The notes: a model not told the origin generated them from the sequence alone. A stretch of DNA of 63,554 bases, filler included, from 3 parts of 3 records of this genome joined end to end with filler, not necessarily neighbours in it, one strand, 5' to 3'. Shown: positions 43,231 through 54,377, counted from the whole stretch's first letter. Made by a program: numbers and translations.

Positions 43231-44481
43231 CTAAGTTACATAATTTCTTTTTTTAAATTGATCTGAATCCCATTCTCTAGATTCCATTATATTTTTCAAA
43301 CACATGATTGCCTCCCAAATATCCTCAAACCTCATATAGAGAGGTGAAATGCCAAATCTTAAGATATTAGGTTCGCGATAATCGCCAATAACGCCATGTG
43401 ATATTAAGGTCTGCATAATTGGGTATGCGTCATCATGCTTAAATGAGATCTGACTACCCCTCTGATCTGCATTTTTTGGTGATAAAAGCTCAAAACCAAA
43501 CTCAGTACATTCTTGTTGTATCAAAGCAATAAACGCTTCAGATAATTGAATACTTTTTTCACGAACCATTTTCATTGATATTCCATTAAAGATTTCAAGA
43601 CCACTTTCTACTGCCTTATAGGAAAGGATAGGTGGGGTCCCACAAATATATTTTTTAATATCATTTGAAGCATTATATTGATCCTCGAAACCAAAAGGAT
43701 TAGCATGGCCCAACCAGCCAGTTAGAGGCTGTGAAACATGCTCTATAAGATCATGGCTAACATACAAAAATCCAGGTGCACCTGGACCTCCATTTAAATG
43801 CTTATAGGTGCAGCCAACTGCAAAGTCAACATTGTATTTATGTAAATCCATGGGCATTACGCCTACACTATGGCTTAAATCCCAAACAACCAAGGCACCT
43901 TTCCTGTGAGCATGCTCTGTAATTTTTTTCATATCACTGATTCGGCCAGTTTTATAATTGATATGTGAAAGCATCACTACAGCAGTAGAAGAGTCAATAT
44001 ATTTCTCAATATCAGTTTCGCCCTCTTCAATTAAACAGCTTTCAAAATTATTGCCAAACATTTCGTTTACACCTTCCAGGATATAAAGATCAGATGGAAA
44101 ATTGGAAGCCTCACTCACGATTACTTTTCGGCTTTTGTTTAAAATTAAAGCAGATGATAAAACCTTAAACAAGTTCACTGAGGTACTATCAACAACAATA
44201 ACTTCACCAGGATTAGCACCCAGTAGTGGAGCAATTTTATCTCCAAGAGTTTGAGGCATATTAATCCAATTTGCGTTATTCCAACTTCTTATTAACTCTT
44301 CACCCCACTCCTGATAAATTGTTTTCTCTAAGTTTTTAATGGTTCTCTTAGGCAATAATCCCAATGAATTTCCATCAAAATAAATGATATTTTTTGGTAA
44401 ATGAAACTCCTCTCTATATTTTGCTAATGGGTCAATATTATCAAGATTCTGAAAATAATCTAAGTTAAGTTTATTCATCAA
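43231..44481 (-). CDS. kynU: Kynureninase
   Basis: YFDGNSLG, NFPSDLY, WDLSHSVG, GCTYKHLNGGPG, GDYREP. Confidence 0.95.
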   Translation of the reverse strand: MMNKLNLDYFQNLDNIDPLAKYREEFHLPKNIIYFDGNSLGLLPKRTIKNLEKTIYQEWGEELIRSWNNANWINMPQTLGDKIAPLLGANPGEVIVVDSTSVNLFKVLSSALILNKSRKVIVSEASNFPSDLYILEGVNEMFGNNFESCLIEEGETDIEKYIDSSTAVVMLSHINYKTGRISDMKKITEHAHRKGALVVWDLSHSVGVMPMDLHKYNVDFAVGCTYKHLNGGPGAPGFLYVSHDLIEHVSQPLTGWLGHANPFGFEDQYNASNDIKKYICGTPPILSYKAVESGLEIFNGISMKMVREKSIQLSEAFIALIQQECTEFGFELLSPKNADQRGSQISFKHDDAYPIMQTLISHGVIGDYREPNILRFGISPLYMRFEDIWEAIMCLKNIMESREWDSDQFKKRNYVT

Positions 44482-44572
44482 TTCAAAAGTGTTAAAAACA
44501 TCATAAAATTATAATCCAAATAAAAAAATCAAAGGGTCATTCACTTGTTTATAAAAACGATAAAATCAACTC

Positions 44573-45031
44573 ATGGATAAAATTATTGTTCAATCTGAGG
44601 ACTTTGATTTAACGACTGAAGTTGCTCTGGCTAAAGCGAGTAACTCTAACATTGGGGCAATTGTTAGCTTTGTAGGAACTGTCAGAGATCTTGAGTCAAA
44701 AAATCTAAACACAATGACTCTGGAGCATTATCCAGGGATGACTGAAAAATTACTCAAGTCAATCGTTGATAAAGCAAAGAATAAATGGGAGCTCCAAAGC
44801 GTAACCATTATTCATCGAATTGGAAAACTTGATGTAAATGATCAAATTGTACTTGTGATTACTGCCAGTCGGCATCGTCAAGAAGCCTTTGACTCATGTA
44901 ATTTTATTATGGACTTTTTAAAAACTGATGCACCATTCTGGAAAAAAGAATCTACTACAAAATCCGAGAACTGGGTGAAGTCAAGATCGCAGGATGAAGA
45001 GAAGAAAAAACACTGGAAAAATGAGAATTAA
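44573..45031 (+). CDS. moaE: Molybdopterin synthase catalytic subunit
   Basis: FVGTVR, LEHYPGMT, HRIG, LKTDAPFWKKE. Confidence 0.96.
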   Translation: MDKIIVQSEDFDLTTEVALAKASNSNIGAIVSFVGTVRDLESKNLNTMTLEHYPGMTEKLLKSIVDKAKNKWELQSVTIIHRIGKLDVNDQIVLVITASRHRQEAFDSCNFIMDFLKTDAPFWKKESTTKSENWVKSRSQDEEKKKHWKNEN

Positions 45032-45600
45032 AAATCTTCAGGACTATTGAGATTAGTCAAGACTTCTAAATGATTTGAAACATCTACTCTTTTAGTGTTT
45101 TGCTGTCGATACCACAAAGCCATTTTACGACCACCACTGTCTAAAAATTTATCCAAACTAGTGCTAAGGTTCGAGTTCATCAAAGCAAATGTTGCGTGCA
45201 TTATCGACCCATCGTGTGCCACGCAAATATCTGAGTCACTCAAAGACATTGCAGCAATCATATCATCAATTAGCTTTGAATCGATATAGGGACTATCACA
45301 AGGAAGGACTAGTAAATATTTAGTTTCACAGGACTTTAGCGCTTTAGAAATGCCAGCCAAAGGCCCTTGAAAATCTTTTAAATCATCAATAATAACCTCT
45401 CCATAAAGAGAATATTGCTCAGTATTCCTATTAGCACTTATAAAGATATGACTAGCTTTATTTTTAACCACTTCATGAACATATGCAATTAAAGGGGCGC
45501 CATCAAGCTCAATAAGGCCTTTATCCTTTCCGCCCATCCTCGATGCTCTTCCACCAGCTAAGATTACAACTGAAATTTCATTTTTTAATATTTTTTTCAC
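45028..45600 (-). CDS. mobA: Molybdenum cofactor guanylyltransferase
   Basis: ILAGGRASRMGGKDKG, GPLAG, LPCDSP, NLNSPED. Confidence 0.95.
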   Translation of the reverse strand: MKKILKNEISVVILAGGRASRMGGKDKGLIELDGAPLIAYVHEVVKNKASHIFISANRNTEQYSLYGEVIIDDLKDFQGPLAGISKALKSCETKYLLVLPCDSPYIDSKLIDDMIAAMSLSDSDICVAHDGSIMHATFALMNSNLSTSLDKFLDSGGRKMALWYRQQNTKRVDVSNHLEVLTNLNSPEDF

Positions 45601-45694
45601 TTATTAACTGTTCTTTTTTCAAGTTATTTGTAATTAGAAAAATGACTTGCAATTGTATAATACACTCAATAAATAATTATAACGATTCAACGGT

Positions 45695-46957
45695 ATGAAG
45701 AATAAGGCGATCCCACCTGGCTCTGTAATGTTTAGTGATTCACTGATGAGTGCTGATGATGCTTTATCATTTCTGATTGACTCATCTATTCCTTCAAGCC
45801 AAACTGAAGCGGTTTCGTTGGATGATTCTGTTGGTAGGATTTTAGCCAAAGATATTCACTCAACAATCAATGTGCCAGGCTTTGATAATAGTGCGATGGA
45901 TGGTTATACGATTGCGCTAGATGACGATCATGTATCCAAAAAAAACCTTACTTTTAATGTAGTAGACAGGATAACTGCTGGATCAACTGGTAACAAACTT
46001 GAAACAGGCTACGCTGCCAGAATATTTACAGGCGCTCCTATTCCTGAGGGTGCGAATACCGTTATTATGCAGGAGGAATGTCAGCCTTCAGATGATGGGT
46101 CTCAAATTCTTGTAAAGAGATCAATTCAATTGGATGAAAATATTCGTCCAACTGGTAATGATATTCGTCAGGATGATGTGATTTTAATCTCCGGAAAAAA
46201 GATAGAGCCCCAAGATGTTTCTCTTGCAGCATCTGTTGGTGTTGCTGAGATAATCGTTTTTAAAAAAATTAAAGTGGGTGTTTTCTTTACAGGAGATGAA
46301 TTAGTTGAGCCTGGAAAACCCTTGTTACCAGGAAAAATTTACAACTCAAACCGCTATGCGCTTGTTGCATTACTTAATAGAATAGGTTGTGATGTTTTGA
46401 ATCTAGGTAATATAGAAGACAAACTAGATTCGACTTGTGATGCTCTTAAATCACTTTCGAGTCAGTGTGATTTAATTATGACTACTGGCGGGGTTTCAGT
46501 AGGAGAGGAGGACCATGTTAAACCAGCTGTTGAAAAACTTGGTGAGCTTAACCTATGGAAAATTAGAATGAAGCCTGGCAAACCACTTGCATATGGCAAA
46601 GTAAAGCAAATACCATTTATTGGCCTTCCAGGTAACCCTGTATCAAGTTTTGTCACATTTTGTATTTTTGCGTTACCGTTTATAAAGAAAATGCAGGGAA
46701 ACAATCAATTCGCATCTAAAAAATATAAAGTCAAGACAAATTTTAATTGCAATCGAGCTAAACCAAGGCGCGAATATGCTCGAGTTCGTATTGACTATTC
46801 TCATGAAACGCCTTCAGCAAATCTATATCCTAAACAAGGCTCAGATGTAATGAGTTCAGTGGTCTGGGCTGATGGAATTATTGAGATACCTGAAAATACT
46901 ACTTTTGATAGTGGTACCATTCTCGATTATTATCCATTAAGTGAATTAATTCAATGA
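45695..46957 (+). CDS. moeA: Molybdopterin molybdenumtransferase
   Basis: SAMDGY, TGAPIP, TGDEL, TGGVSVG, GLPGNP. Confidence 0.96.
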   Translation: MKNKAIPPGSVMFSDSLMSADDALSFLIDSSIPSSQTEAVSLDDSVGRILAKDIHSTINVPGFDNSAMDGYTIALDDDHVSKKNLTFNVVDRITAGSTGNKLETGYAARIFTGAPIPEGANTVIMQEECQPSDDGSQILVKRSIQLDENIRPTGNDIRQDDVILISGKKIEPQDVSLAASVGVAEIIVFKKIKVGVFFTGDELVEPGKPLLPGKIYNSNRYALVALLNRIGCDVLNLGNIEDKLDSTCDALKSLSSQCDLIMTTGGVSVGEEDHVKPAVEKLGELNLWKIRMKPGKPLAYGKVKQIPFIGLPGNPVSSFVTFCIFALPFIKKMQGNNQFASKKYKVKTNFNCNRAKPRREYARVRIDYSHETPSANLYPKQGSDVMSSVVWADGIIEIPENTTFDSGTILDYYPLSELIQ

Positions 46958-47427
46958 GTAAGCTAACCCACATTAATGAAAATGGTGATGCAGAAATGGT
47001 TGATGTTTCAGAAAAAGATATTACTGCGCGCGAAGCGAAAGCAAGCTCTAGAATTTTGATGAAGCCCGAAACACTTGAATTGATTATTTCAGGTTCTCAT
47101 AAAAAAGGAGATGTTTTATCTGTTGCTAAAATAGCTGGAATTCAAGCTGCAAAAAAATGTTCCGAACTGATCCCGCTTTGCCATCCATTAATGCTCTCTA
47201 AAGTGAGTGTTGAACTCAAACCAAATATTGAAGATAGTTCTGTTGATATTATTGCTATAGCAAAACTTAATGGCAAAACAGGTGTTGAAATGGAAGCCTT
47301 GACTGCAGCAAGTATAGCCGCACTGACGGTCTATGACATGTGTAAAGCAGTTGATCGGTTTATGACAATTGATCATGTCCAACTTCTTGAAAAGAAGGGT
47401 GGAAAATCAGGTCATTGGACTCTTTAG
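46954..47427 (+). CDS. moaC: Cyclic pyranopterin monophosphate synthase
   Basis: [28 protein letters not shown]. Confidence 0.97.
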   Translation: MSKLTHINENGDAEMVDVSEKDITAREAKASSRILMKPETLELIISGSHKKGDVLSVAKIAGIQAAKKCSELIPLCHPLMLSKVSVELKPNIEDSSVDIIAIAKLNGKTGVEMEALTAASIAALTVYDMCKAVDRFMTIDHVQLLEKKGGKSGHWTL

Positions 47428-47429
47428 TT

Positions 47430-48425
47430 ATGAATCAGATTATTGATCCATTTAATAGGCGTATTACTTATCTAAGAGTCTCTGTAACAGATCACTGTAA
47501 TTATCGATGTCACTATTGTAGAGACGAAGATCATCAAACGCATACAAAAAAATCTCAGGTTCTTACTTTCGAAGAGATAGCAAAAATTGTTCGCTTGTTT
47601 GCTGAATTAGGCGTAACCAAAGTTAGGCTGACTGGTGGAGAGCCACTGCTTCGAAAAGACATTCTTGATTTAACAAAGATGCTGGGAGAAATACCTGGCC
47701 TCACTGACATTCCGTTATCAACTAATGCTCACCTCTTGCCTGGATTGGCATCAAAACTTAAAAATAATGGCATCAATAGGGCTAATATTTCAATTGACTC
47801 TCTTGATCCAGATCGTTTTAAAGAGATTACAAGAGATGGTGATTTAGACAGAGTAATCAAAGGTATAGACGCTGCAATTTCTGTTGGCATTAAACCCATA
47901 AAGTTAAACATGGTTGTGATGAAAGGTATCAATGATGATGAAATTGAATCAATGACTGAATTTGCAATCAATCGAGGCTTAGATCTAAGATTTATTGAAA
48001 CAATGCCTATTGGACTTGCCGGTATTGAAGCTGTAGACAGACATTACAGCGAAAGAGATATACTTTCCAGAGTGAGGGCTAGTTATGGTGATAAATTATT
48101 ACCTATCCAGTCAAAACAAACTGATGGCCCTGCAAAGGCATTTAAGATTCAAGGAACAGAGACCAGTATTGGAACTATTTCAGCTGTTTCTAATAATTTT
48201 TGTAGTAGCTGCAACCGTGTAAGGTTAACTGCTAAAGGGGAATTGATTTTATGCCTTGGTCAAAAAGACTCGGTCTCTTTAAGAGATGCACTAAGATCGG
48301 GAATGAGTGACTCAAAAATGAAACAGTTAATTCTTGATGCTATCACCAAAAAACCAGAAAAACATTTTTTTGATTCTGTCATTGATAATATTAGTAGTCG
48401 ACAAATGGTGGAGATGGGTGGATGA
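47430..48425 (+). CDS. moaA: GTP 3',8-cyclase (radical SAM)
   Basis: CNYRCHYC, TGGEP, FCSSCNRVRLT...CL, C-terminal GG; start at ATG 47430. Confidence 0.97.
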   Translation: MNQIIDPFNRRITYLRVSVTDHCNYRCHYCRDEDHQTHTKKSQVLTFEEIAKIVRLFAELGVTKVRLTGGEPLLRKDILDLTKMLGEIPGLTDIPLSTNAHLLPGLASKLKNNGINRANISIDSLDPDRFKEITRDGDLDRVIKGIDAAISVGIKPIKLNMVVMKGINDDEIESMTEFAINRGLDLRFIETMPIGLAGIEAVDRHYSERDILSRVRASYGDKLLPIQSKQTDGPAKAFKIQGTETSIGTISAVSNNFCSSCNRVRLTAKGELILCLGQKDSVSLRDALRSGMSDSKMKQLILDAITKKPEKHFFDSVIDNISSRQMVEMGG

Positions 48426-48658
48426 AGATTCTTTACTTTGCCTCTCTTAAAGAAAATTTAAAAACATCTGAAGATGATATTCGTTTTGACTCTCCAGTAA
48501 CTATCCTATTAATTAAAAAAGAATTAATAGATAGGTATGGAGATCAACATTTCCCTAAAAATATTTTATGTTCAGTGAATCATGAAATGGCCTCTGAAAA
48601 CACTCTTGTTAAAGAGGAAGATGAAGTGGCTTTCTTTCCACCTGTGACTGGAGGATAA
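48422..48658 (+). CDS. moaD: Molybdopterin synthase sulfur carrier
   Basis: YFASL...DEVAFFPPVTGG. Confidence 0.95.
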   Translation: MKILYFASLKENLKTSEDDIRFDSPVTILLIKKELIDRYGDQHFPKNILCSVNHEMASENTLVKEEDEVAFFPPVTGG

Positions 48659-48669
48659 ATAAAATAAGT

Positions 48670-49200
48670 ATGCCTACATCAAAAATAAAAATTGGCTTTC
48701 TAACGATTTCAGATAGAGCTGCTAGAGGGATTTATGAAGACATTAGTGGCCCTTCAATGCAAGAATGGATTTCAAAAGCAGTTAAAAGCCCTTATGAAAT
48801 TGTATCTAAAGTAATTGAAGATGAACAGCATCAGATTGAAGGAACACTTATTGAAATGAGTGACGAACTAGGTTGCAATCTAATTCTAACTACTGGTGGA
48901 ACTGGTCCAACAACTCGTGACGTGACTCCAGAAGCTACCGAGGCTGTATGTGAGAGAATCTTTGATGGGTTTGCAGAACAAATGAGAAATGTATCACTTC
49001 GAACAGTCCCCACTGCAATTCTTTCACGTCAGATAGCTGGAACTAGAGGAAACAGTTTGATCATTAATCTTCCAGGAAAGCCAGTGGCTATCGCGGTATG
49101 TCTTGGTGCTGTTTTTTTGGCTGTTCCTAAATGCCTAGAACTTCTGGATGGCTCGATAATTGAAATTGATAAGTCTTTTGTTTCTCAAATATTTGAGTAG
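48670..49200 (+). CDS. mog: Molybdopterin adenylyltransferase
   Basis: TISDRA...YEDISG, TTGGTG, DVTPEAT, AILSRQ, NLPGKP. Confidence 0.93.
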   Translation: MPTSKIKIGFLTISDRAARGIYEDISGPSMQEWISKAVKSPYEIVSKVIEDEQHQIEGTLIEMSDELGCNLILTTGGTGPTTRDVTPEATEAVCERIFDGFAEQMRNVSLRTVPTAILSRQIAGTRGNSLIINLPGKPVAIAVCLGAVFLAVPKCLELLDGSIIEIDKSFVSQIFE

Positions 49201-49215
49201 TCATTCTAATATCTT

Positions 49216-49902
49216 ATGTCTAATGTAAGAGATTTATCACTTGACCTAATAAGAGGTTTAGCCATCATTATGATGATTGCTTTTCACTTTATTTATGATC
49301 TAAACTCTTTTGGCTTTACCCAGATCCCCTTATTTACCCATTGGCTTGGTATTGCTTGGCGCTGCTTAATTGTCTTTCTGTTCTTAAGTGCAGTAGGGAT
49401 TAGTCTAGTTTTAGCGCATGAAGATCATCTAAAATTCAAAAAATTTTTGAAGCGTATATTTTATTTAGGATTGGCAGCCCTTCTAGTTTCTGCTGGAACT
49501 TTTGTAATGTTTCCAGATGGATGGGTTTATTTTGGTATTCTTCATTTGATTTGGACTTCATCATTGATAGCAATATTATTTGTTAATCACCCGAAAACAT
49601 CCCTATTAATTGCTGTAATAATTCTCATTGCTTCCATATTTGACCAGCCAGATTTAAGCTTTATTTCAAATATATTTGGGCCTTACCTGCCAATTGGAAG
49701 TGTAGACTTCTACCCCCTATTTCCATGGCTATCCTTTGTCTTTATAGGGATTTACCTTGGACATTACCCTTATTATAAGACAGTCTTTTCAATGAGATCG
49801 CACTGGATTCAAATGATGGGAAGGCATGCTCTAGTAATCTATCTTTCCCATCAGATAATTTTATTTGGTTTAGTGGCTTCAGTGTTCTTCTTGTTAAACT
49901 GA
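49216..49902 (+). CDS. DUF1624 / HGSNAT-like membrane protein
   Basis: LDLIRGLAIIMM..FH..YD, FGILH, DFYPLFPW, GRHAL.IYLSHQ. Confidence 0.85.
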   Translation: MSNVRDLSLDLIRGLAIIMMIAFHFIYDLNSFGFTQIPLFTHWLGIAWRCLIVFLFLSAVGISLVLAHEDHLKFKKFLKRIFYLGLAALLVSAGTFVMFPDGWVYFGILHLIWTSSLIAILFVNHPKTSLLIAVIILIASIFDQPDLSFISNIFGPYLPIGSVDFYPLFPWLSFVFIGIYLGHYPYYKTVFSMRSHWIQMMGRHALVIYLSHQIILFGLVASVFFLLN

Positions 49903-51207
49903 TAAGCCAAGATTTTTTTTCTTTTTAATTTGAATAGACTTGGTCAGCTTTGAAGAGACTGATACTGGCTGTTGATTTGAATAATCTTCATGATTTTTTG
50001 CCACTAAGTCTAAATCATAAAAGTAATTTACCATGACGCCCCAAGAATCATCCAAAGCATTCTGATTATCGTTTGCATGAGTATGAATATCAAAAAGATA
50101 AGCGCCATTCCCTAGATGAAAATGAGCAACAGGGTTTAAAGCAGCCCCTTTACTGTTCTTCTCTTGACTTAAGTAATGGTGTGTTAATCTGCGCAAAATT
50201 GCCATTCCTGGCGAAGAATTTCCAGCGCATGACTGAATATCTTTAATTGTCTGTTCTGGAATTTCATCAGCACCCGATAAGTTAACTTTTTCTACCCATT
50301 TTCTAAGTCCTGGAACAGGAGATAAAGTCACAAACTGATTAATTTGGTTAAACTCAAGCTGAATTTCTGAAACCACTTGCTTAATCAAGAAGCTGCCAAA
50401 AGAAACCCCTTTTAAGGCTATTTGGCAGTTTGAAATAGAATAAAAAACAGCAGTATTTGCATTTAATGGGTCGATAGGCTTTACAGAGGTATCAAGAATT
50501 GGCGTTATTGAATTAGGCACTTCGTTCATAAGTGCTACTTCAATAAAAATTAGTGGCTCATTCGGCAGGGCAGGATGAAAAAAAGCATACAATCTTCTAT
50601 CTGAGGCGGCCACTCTATTTTGAAGATCTTCCCAGTCAGAAATATCATGAACAGCCTCATACTCCATTATCTTTTCAAGAACCTGTGCACTTGTAGACCA
50701 ATCAATTCGCTCTAATCTCAGAAAACCACGATTAAACCACGACTTGAATAAGTGAACAAAATCAAAGTCAAGAGACCTTAACTCAGGCAACTCCTTAATG
50801 AATGTTAATAGGGAACCCCTCATCTTTAATAAAGCTGGGGTTCCGTTTGGTATCTGGTTAAGCCTTCTAAGAAGTTTTTGACTCTTTGGCTCTATTATTC
50901 TATGTAAGTCTCTCAGTTGACGGTCATCATCAATATCAAGATCACTAATTGCTGATTTAAGTTGGTCACGATCAACACTAAACTCTTTTAATAGTTGAAG
51001 AAAAAAAACTTTCTTTTGTTCATCTGAAAGTTTTTCAAAATCCTCCAATACTAATTTTGCTAAGGAAAAAAGAGTTGACTCGCCTCTCCTGCTTATCAGT
51101 TGATGACAAAGATCAATAATGCCCTCAGGACTTAGTTGTTTTTGGCTTATTCGAACTATTCCAATTCGCTGAATAATTGAATTTAAAAAATTCTGATGTT
51201 GTTTCAT
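49894..51207 (-). CDS. Malonyl-CoA decarboxylase
   Basis: WFNRGFL, YEAVH, EPLIFIEVAL, FYSISN, TLSPVPG, PVAHFHLGNGA, MVNY; start at ATG 51207 after AGGAG. Confidence 0.93.
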   Translation of the reverse strand: MKQHQNFLNSIIQRIGIVRISQKQLSPEGIIDLCHQLISRRGESTLFSLAKLVLEDFEKLSDEQKKVFFLQLLKEFSVDRDQLKSAISDLDIDDDRQLRDLHRIIEPKSQKLLRRLNQIPNGTPALLKMRGSLLTFIKELPELRSLDFDFVHLFKSWFNRGFLRLERIDWSTSAQVLEKIMEYEAVHDISDWEDLQNRVAASDRRLYAFFHPALPNEPLIFIEVALMNEVPNSITPILDTSVKPIDPLNANTAVFYSISNCQIALKGVSFGSFLIKQVVSEIQLEFNQINQFVTLSPVPGLRKWVEKVNLSGADEIPEQTIKDIQSCAGNSSPGMAILRRLTHHYLSQEKNSKGAALNPVAHFHLGNGAYLFDIHTHANDNQNALDDSWGVMVNYFYDLDLVAKNHEDYSNQQPVSVSSKLTKSIQIKKKKNLGLSV

Positions 51208-51251
51208 CTTGCTCCTGAAATTGAGCAACTATTGTAGATTAATTATTGTAA

Positions 51252-51654
51252 TTATTCAATAGCACTAAAACGAAAGACATTGACTGCAATATAATCATTA
51301 TAAGCAGCCCCTGACTGTAGCCAATTCCTGGCCTTGACTGAAGATATTTTTGAGTTCAGCTTATCTTCAAGTTGAAGGAATAAGCCATATTTAAAAATAT
51401 AATCTTCTTCTGTTAACACGCACAATTCGCCATCAGAAACAATAAGGCTTTTCTCTGGCATATCTCCTGGCTCAGCAGTAAATGAAGCCTCACCATTTTC
51501 ATTCATCAAGTCTGATAATTTTGTTTCAAAATATTCTTTACTGAGTGGGCTATGTGTATAGTAATTTGTAAACAAATCTTCAGACTCAATCTCTAAGTAA
51601 CCTCTCAAATCCTCAATAGAGGAAAACCTTTCATCTTCTATCCAAAAGATCACA
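51252..51654 (-). CDS. Hypothetical acidic protein, 5' end truncated by the contig edge
   Basis: 133-codon open frame in AT-rich DNA running to the contig end; no motif recognised. Confidence 0.7.
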
Positions 51655-51754
51655 NNNNNNNNNNNNNNNNNNNNNNNNNNNNNNNNNNNNNNNNNNNNTT
51701 AATTAATTAANNNNNNNNNNNNNNNNNNNNNNNNNNNNNNNNNNNNNNNNNNNN
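51655..51754. other. Artificial contig linker N44-TTAATTAATTAA-N44
   Basis: Same layout as the first linker; 12-mer at 51699-51710. Confidence 0.98.
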
Positions 51755-51755
51755 A

Positions 51756-54365
51756 CCTGATGTTGATAAAATTGATGGATTATCGCCTGTTATTGCAATT
51801 GAACAAAAATCTACAAATAAATCTCCAAGATCTACAGTTGGGACTATTACAGAAATCTATGATTTTTTAAGATTGTTATTTGCTAGAGTTAGTGAAGCAT
51901 ATAGTTACAATACCAATAAAAAAATGATCAGTTATTCTGACGATCAAATAATAGATTTGATTCAAGAAAATTATTTAAATAAAAAAGTTATTCTCTTGTC
52001 TCCAGTTATAAAATCCAGAAAGGGTCATTACAGAGAACTATTTGAACAAATAAGTAAACAAGGCTTCACCCAAGTTAGAATTGATGGGGAAATTGTTGAT
52101 TTAGTAAAAGGGTTAAAACTCGATAGATATAAAATACATGATATAGAGATTGTAATTGATAAATTAAAACTAAACAAAGAAATAAATAATCAAAAAAGAT
52201 TATTGGAAAGTATTAAAACTGCAATGTACCACGGAGAAGGGACTATAATGCTAGTAGACATATTGGATAACTCTATTAGATACTTTAGTAAAAATTTGAT
52301 GTGTGAGGACACTGGATTGTCATACCAAAATCCAGAGCCTAACAACTTCTCATTTAATTCTCCAAAAGGGGCTTGTGAAGCTTGTAATGGAATTGGTACT
52401 AATAACTTAGTTAATATTGATAAAATTATTGTTGACAAAAATAAATCTATTGAAAACGGAGGTATTTCAGTTTTAGAAAACAAGAAGGGATCATGGATTT
52501 ATAAACAAATTGAAACAATTGCTAAAAAACATAAATTTAGTTTAAAAGACCCTATTAAAAACATTCCTAATAAAGCAATAGAAATGATTCTTTACGGAGG
52601 CAAAGATGATTTCATAGTAGAAAGTAAATCTTTAGGTGTTAAAAGGGAATATATTATTGATTTTGAAGGAATTGTAAACTTTATTAAATATCAATTTGAC
52701 AATGCCGAATCGATGTCAATTAAAAGATGGGCTAAAAACTACATGAATAGCGTAAAGTGTGAAAAATGTAATGGTAAAAAATTAAAAAAAGAATCACTTA
52801 ACTTTAAATTAAACGATTTAAATATAGATGATTTAGTAAATAAAGATATTTCTGATCTTTTAGATTGGTTTAATAATTTAGAAAAGCACCTTTCTGAAAA
52901 TCAAATGAAGATTTCAGAAGATATAAATAAAGAAATTAGAACTAGGTTACAGTTTTTAATTGATGTTGGTTTAGATTATTTGACCTTAAGCAGAAGTGCT
53001 AAAACCCTTTCTGGAGGAGAGAGTCAAAGGATAAGGTTAGCTACTCAAATTGGTTCTCAATTAGTTGGGGTTTTATACATTTTAGATGAACCCAGTATTG
53101 GTCTTCACCAACGAGACAACGAAAAGTTAATAAAATCACTTGAGTCCCTTAGAGACATAGGAAATTCTATTATAGTCGTTGAACATGATAAAGATATGAT
53201 GGTTAGTGCAGATCATATAATAGATATTGGACCTTTTGCAGGGAAACATGGAGGAGAGATTATTTCACAAGGAAAATTAAGTGATATTAAAAAAAGTAGC
53301 TCTTTGACAGCCGATTATTTAAATAATATTAAGCAAATAGTCAAACCAAGTAAAAGAAGAAAAGGAAACTCTAAAAAAATCACATTAACTGGATGTACTG
53401 GTAATAATCTAAAAAATGTAAGTCTTTCCATTCCGTTAAACAAAATGATAGGAGTAACTGGTGTTTCAGGAAGTGGAAAGTCATCTCTTATAAATGAAAC
53501 TTTATATCCTATCATGAACAACTATTATTATAATGGATTTAAAGATATACTTCCCTATAAATCAATAAAAGGTCTTGAACATATAGATAAAGTAATCGAC
53601 ATTAATCAATCTCCGATAGGTCGTACACCAAGGAGTAACCCTGCAACTTATACTGGCTTATTTTCTGAAGTTAGAAACCTATTCTCTAAAGTTCCTGAAT
53701 CGTTAATTAGAGGCTATAAGCCTGGAAGATTTAGTTTTAATGTTACTGGCGGTAGATGTGAGAATTGTAAAGGAGGTGGTTTAAAATTGATTGAAATGAA
53801 CTTTTTACCCGATGTATTTGTTGAGTGTGAGGTATGCTTGGGCAAAAGGTTTAACAGAGAGACATTAGACATAAGATATAAAGGTAAATCAATTAGTGAT
53901 GTACTTCAAATGACAATAAATGAAGCAGTAAGCTTTTTTGAACATATCCCAAAAATTTATAAAAAATTAAAAACAATTCAAGACGTCGGATTGGGTTATA
54001 TCAGCTTAGGTCAACAAAGTACTACATTATCTGGTGGAGAAGCCCAAAGAATTAAACTTGCTACTGAATTATCTAAAATTGATACAGGTAATACATTTTA
54101 TATTTTAGACGAACCTACTACCGGATTACATTTTGAAGATATAAGAGTTTTAATGATCGTGTTAAATAAACTTGTTGATAAAGGAAATACCGTTCTAGTG
54201 ATTGAACACAACTTAGATGTAATTAAAATGGTAGACCATATTATCGATATAGGTCCAGAAGGTGGTAACAAAGGTGGTAATATTATTTTTGAAGGAAAAC
54301 CAGAGGATATTGTTAAGAATAATAGTAGTTACACTGGAAAGTTCTTGAAAAAAGAATTAAATTAG
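51756..54365 (+). CDS. uvrA: Excinuclease ABC subunit A (5' truncated)
   Basis: PDVDKIDGLSPVIAIEQK...RSTVGT, LSGGESQR, TGVSGSGKS, PIGRTPRSNP, LSGGEAQR. Confidence 0.98.
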   Translation, partial: PDVDKIDGLSPVIAIEQKSTNKSPRSTVGTITEIYDFLRLLFARVSEAYSYNTNKKMISYSDDQIIDLIQENYLNKKVILLSPVIKSRKGHYRELFEQISKQGFTQVRIDGEIVDLVKGLKLDRYKIHDIEIVIDKLKLNKEINNQKRLLESIKTAMYHGEGTIMLVDILDNSIRYFSKNLMCEDTGLSYQNPEPNNFSFNSPKGACEACNGIGTNNLVNIDKIIVDKNKSIENGGISVLENKKGSWIYKQIETIAKKHKFSLKDPIKNIPNKAIEMILYGGKDDFIVESKSLGVKREYIIDFEGIVNFIKYQFDNAESMSIKRWAKNYMNSVKCEKCNGKKLKKESLNFKLNDLNIDDLVNKDISDLLDWFNNLEKHLSENQMKISEDINKEIRTRLQFLIDVGLDYLTLSRSAKTLSGGESQRIRLATQIGSQLVGVLYILDEPSIGLHQRDNEKLIKSLESLRDIGNSIIVVEHDKDMMVSADHIIDIGPFAGKHGGEIISQGKLSDIKKSSSLTADYLNNIKQIVKPSKRRKGNSKKITLTGCTGNNLKNVSLSIPLNKMIGVTGVSGSGKSSLINETLYPIMNNYYYNGFKDILPYKSIKGLEHIDKVIDINQSPIGRTPRSNPATYTGLFSEVRNLFSKVPESLIRGYKPGRFSFNVTGGRCENCKGGGLKLIEMNFLPDVFVECEVCLGKRFNRETLDIRYKGKSISDVLQMTINEAVSFFEHIPKIYKKLKTIQDVGLGYISLGQQSTTLSGGEAQRIKLATELSKIDTGNTFYILDEPTTGLHFEDIRVLMIVLNKLVDKGNTVLVIEHNLDVIKMVDHIIDIGPEGGNKGGNIIFEGKPEDIVKNNSSYTGKFLKKELN

Positions 54366-54377
54366 AAAAAAAAGACT

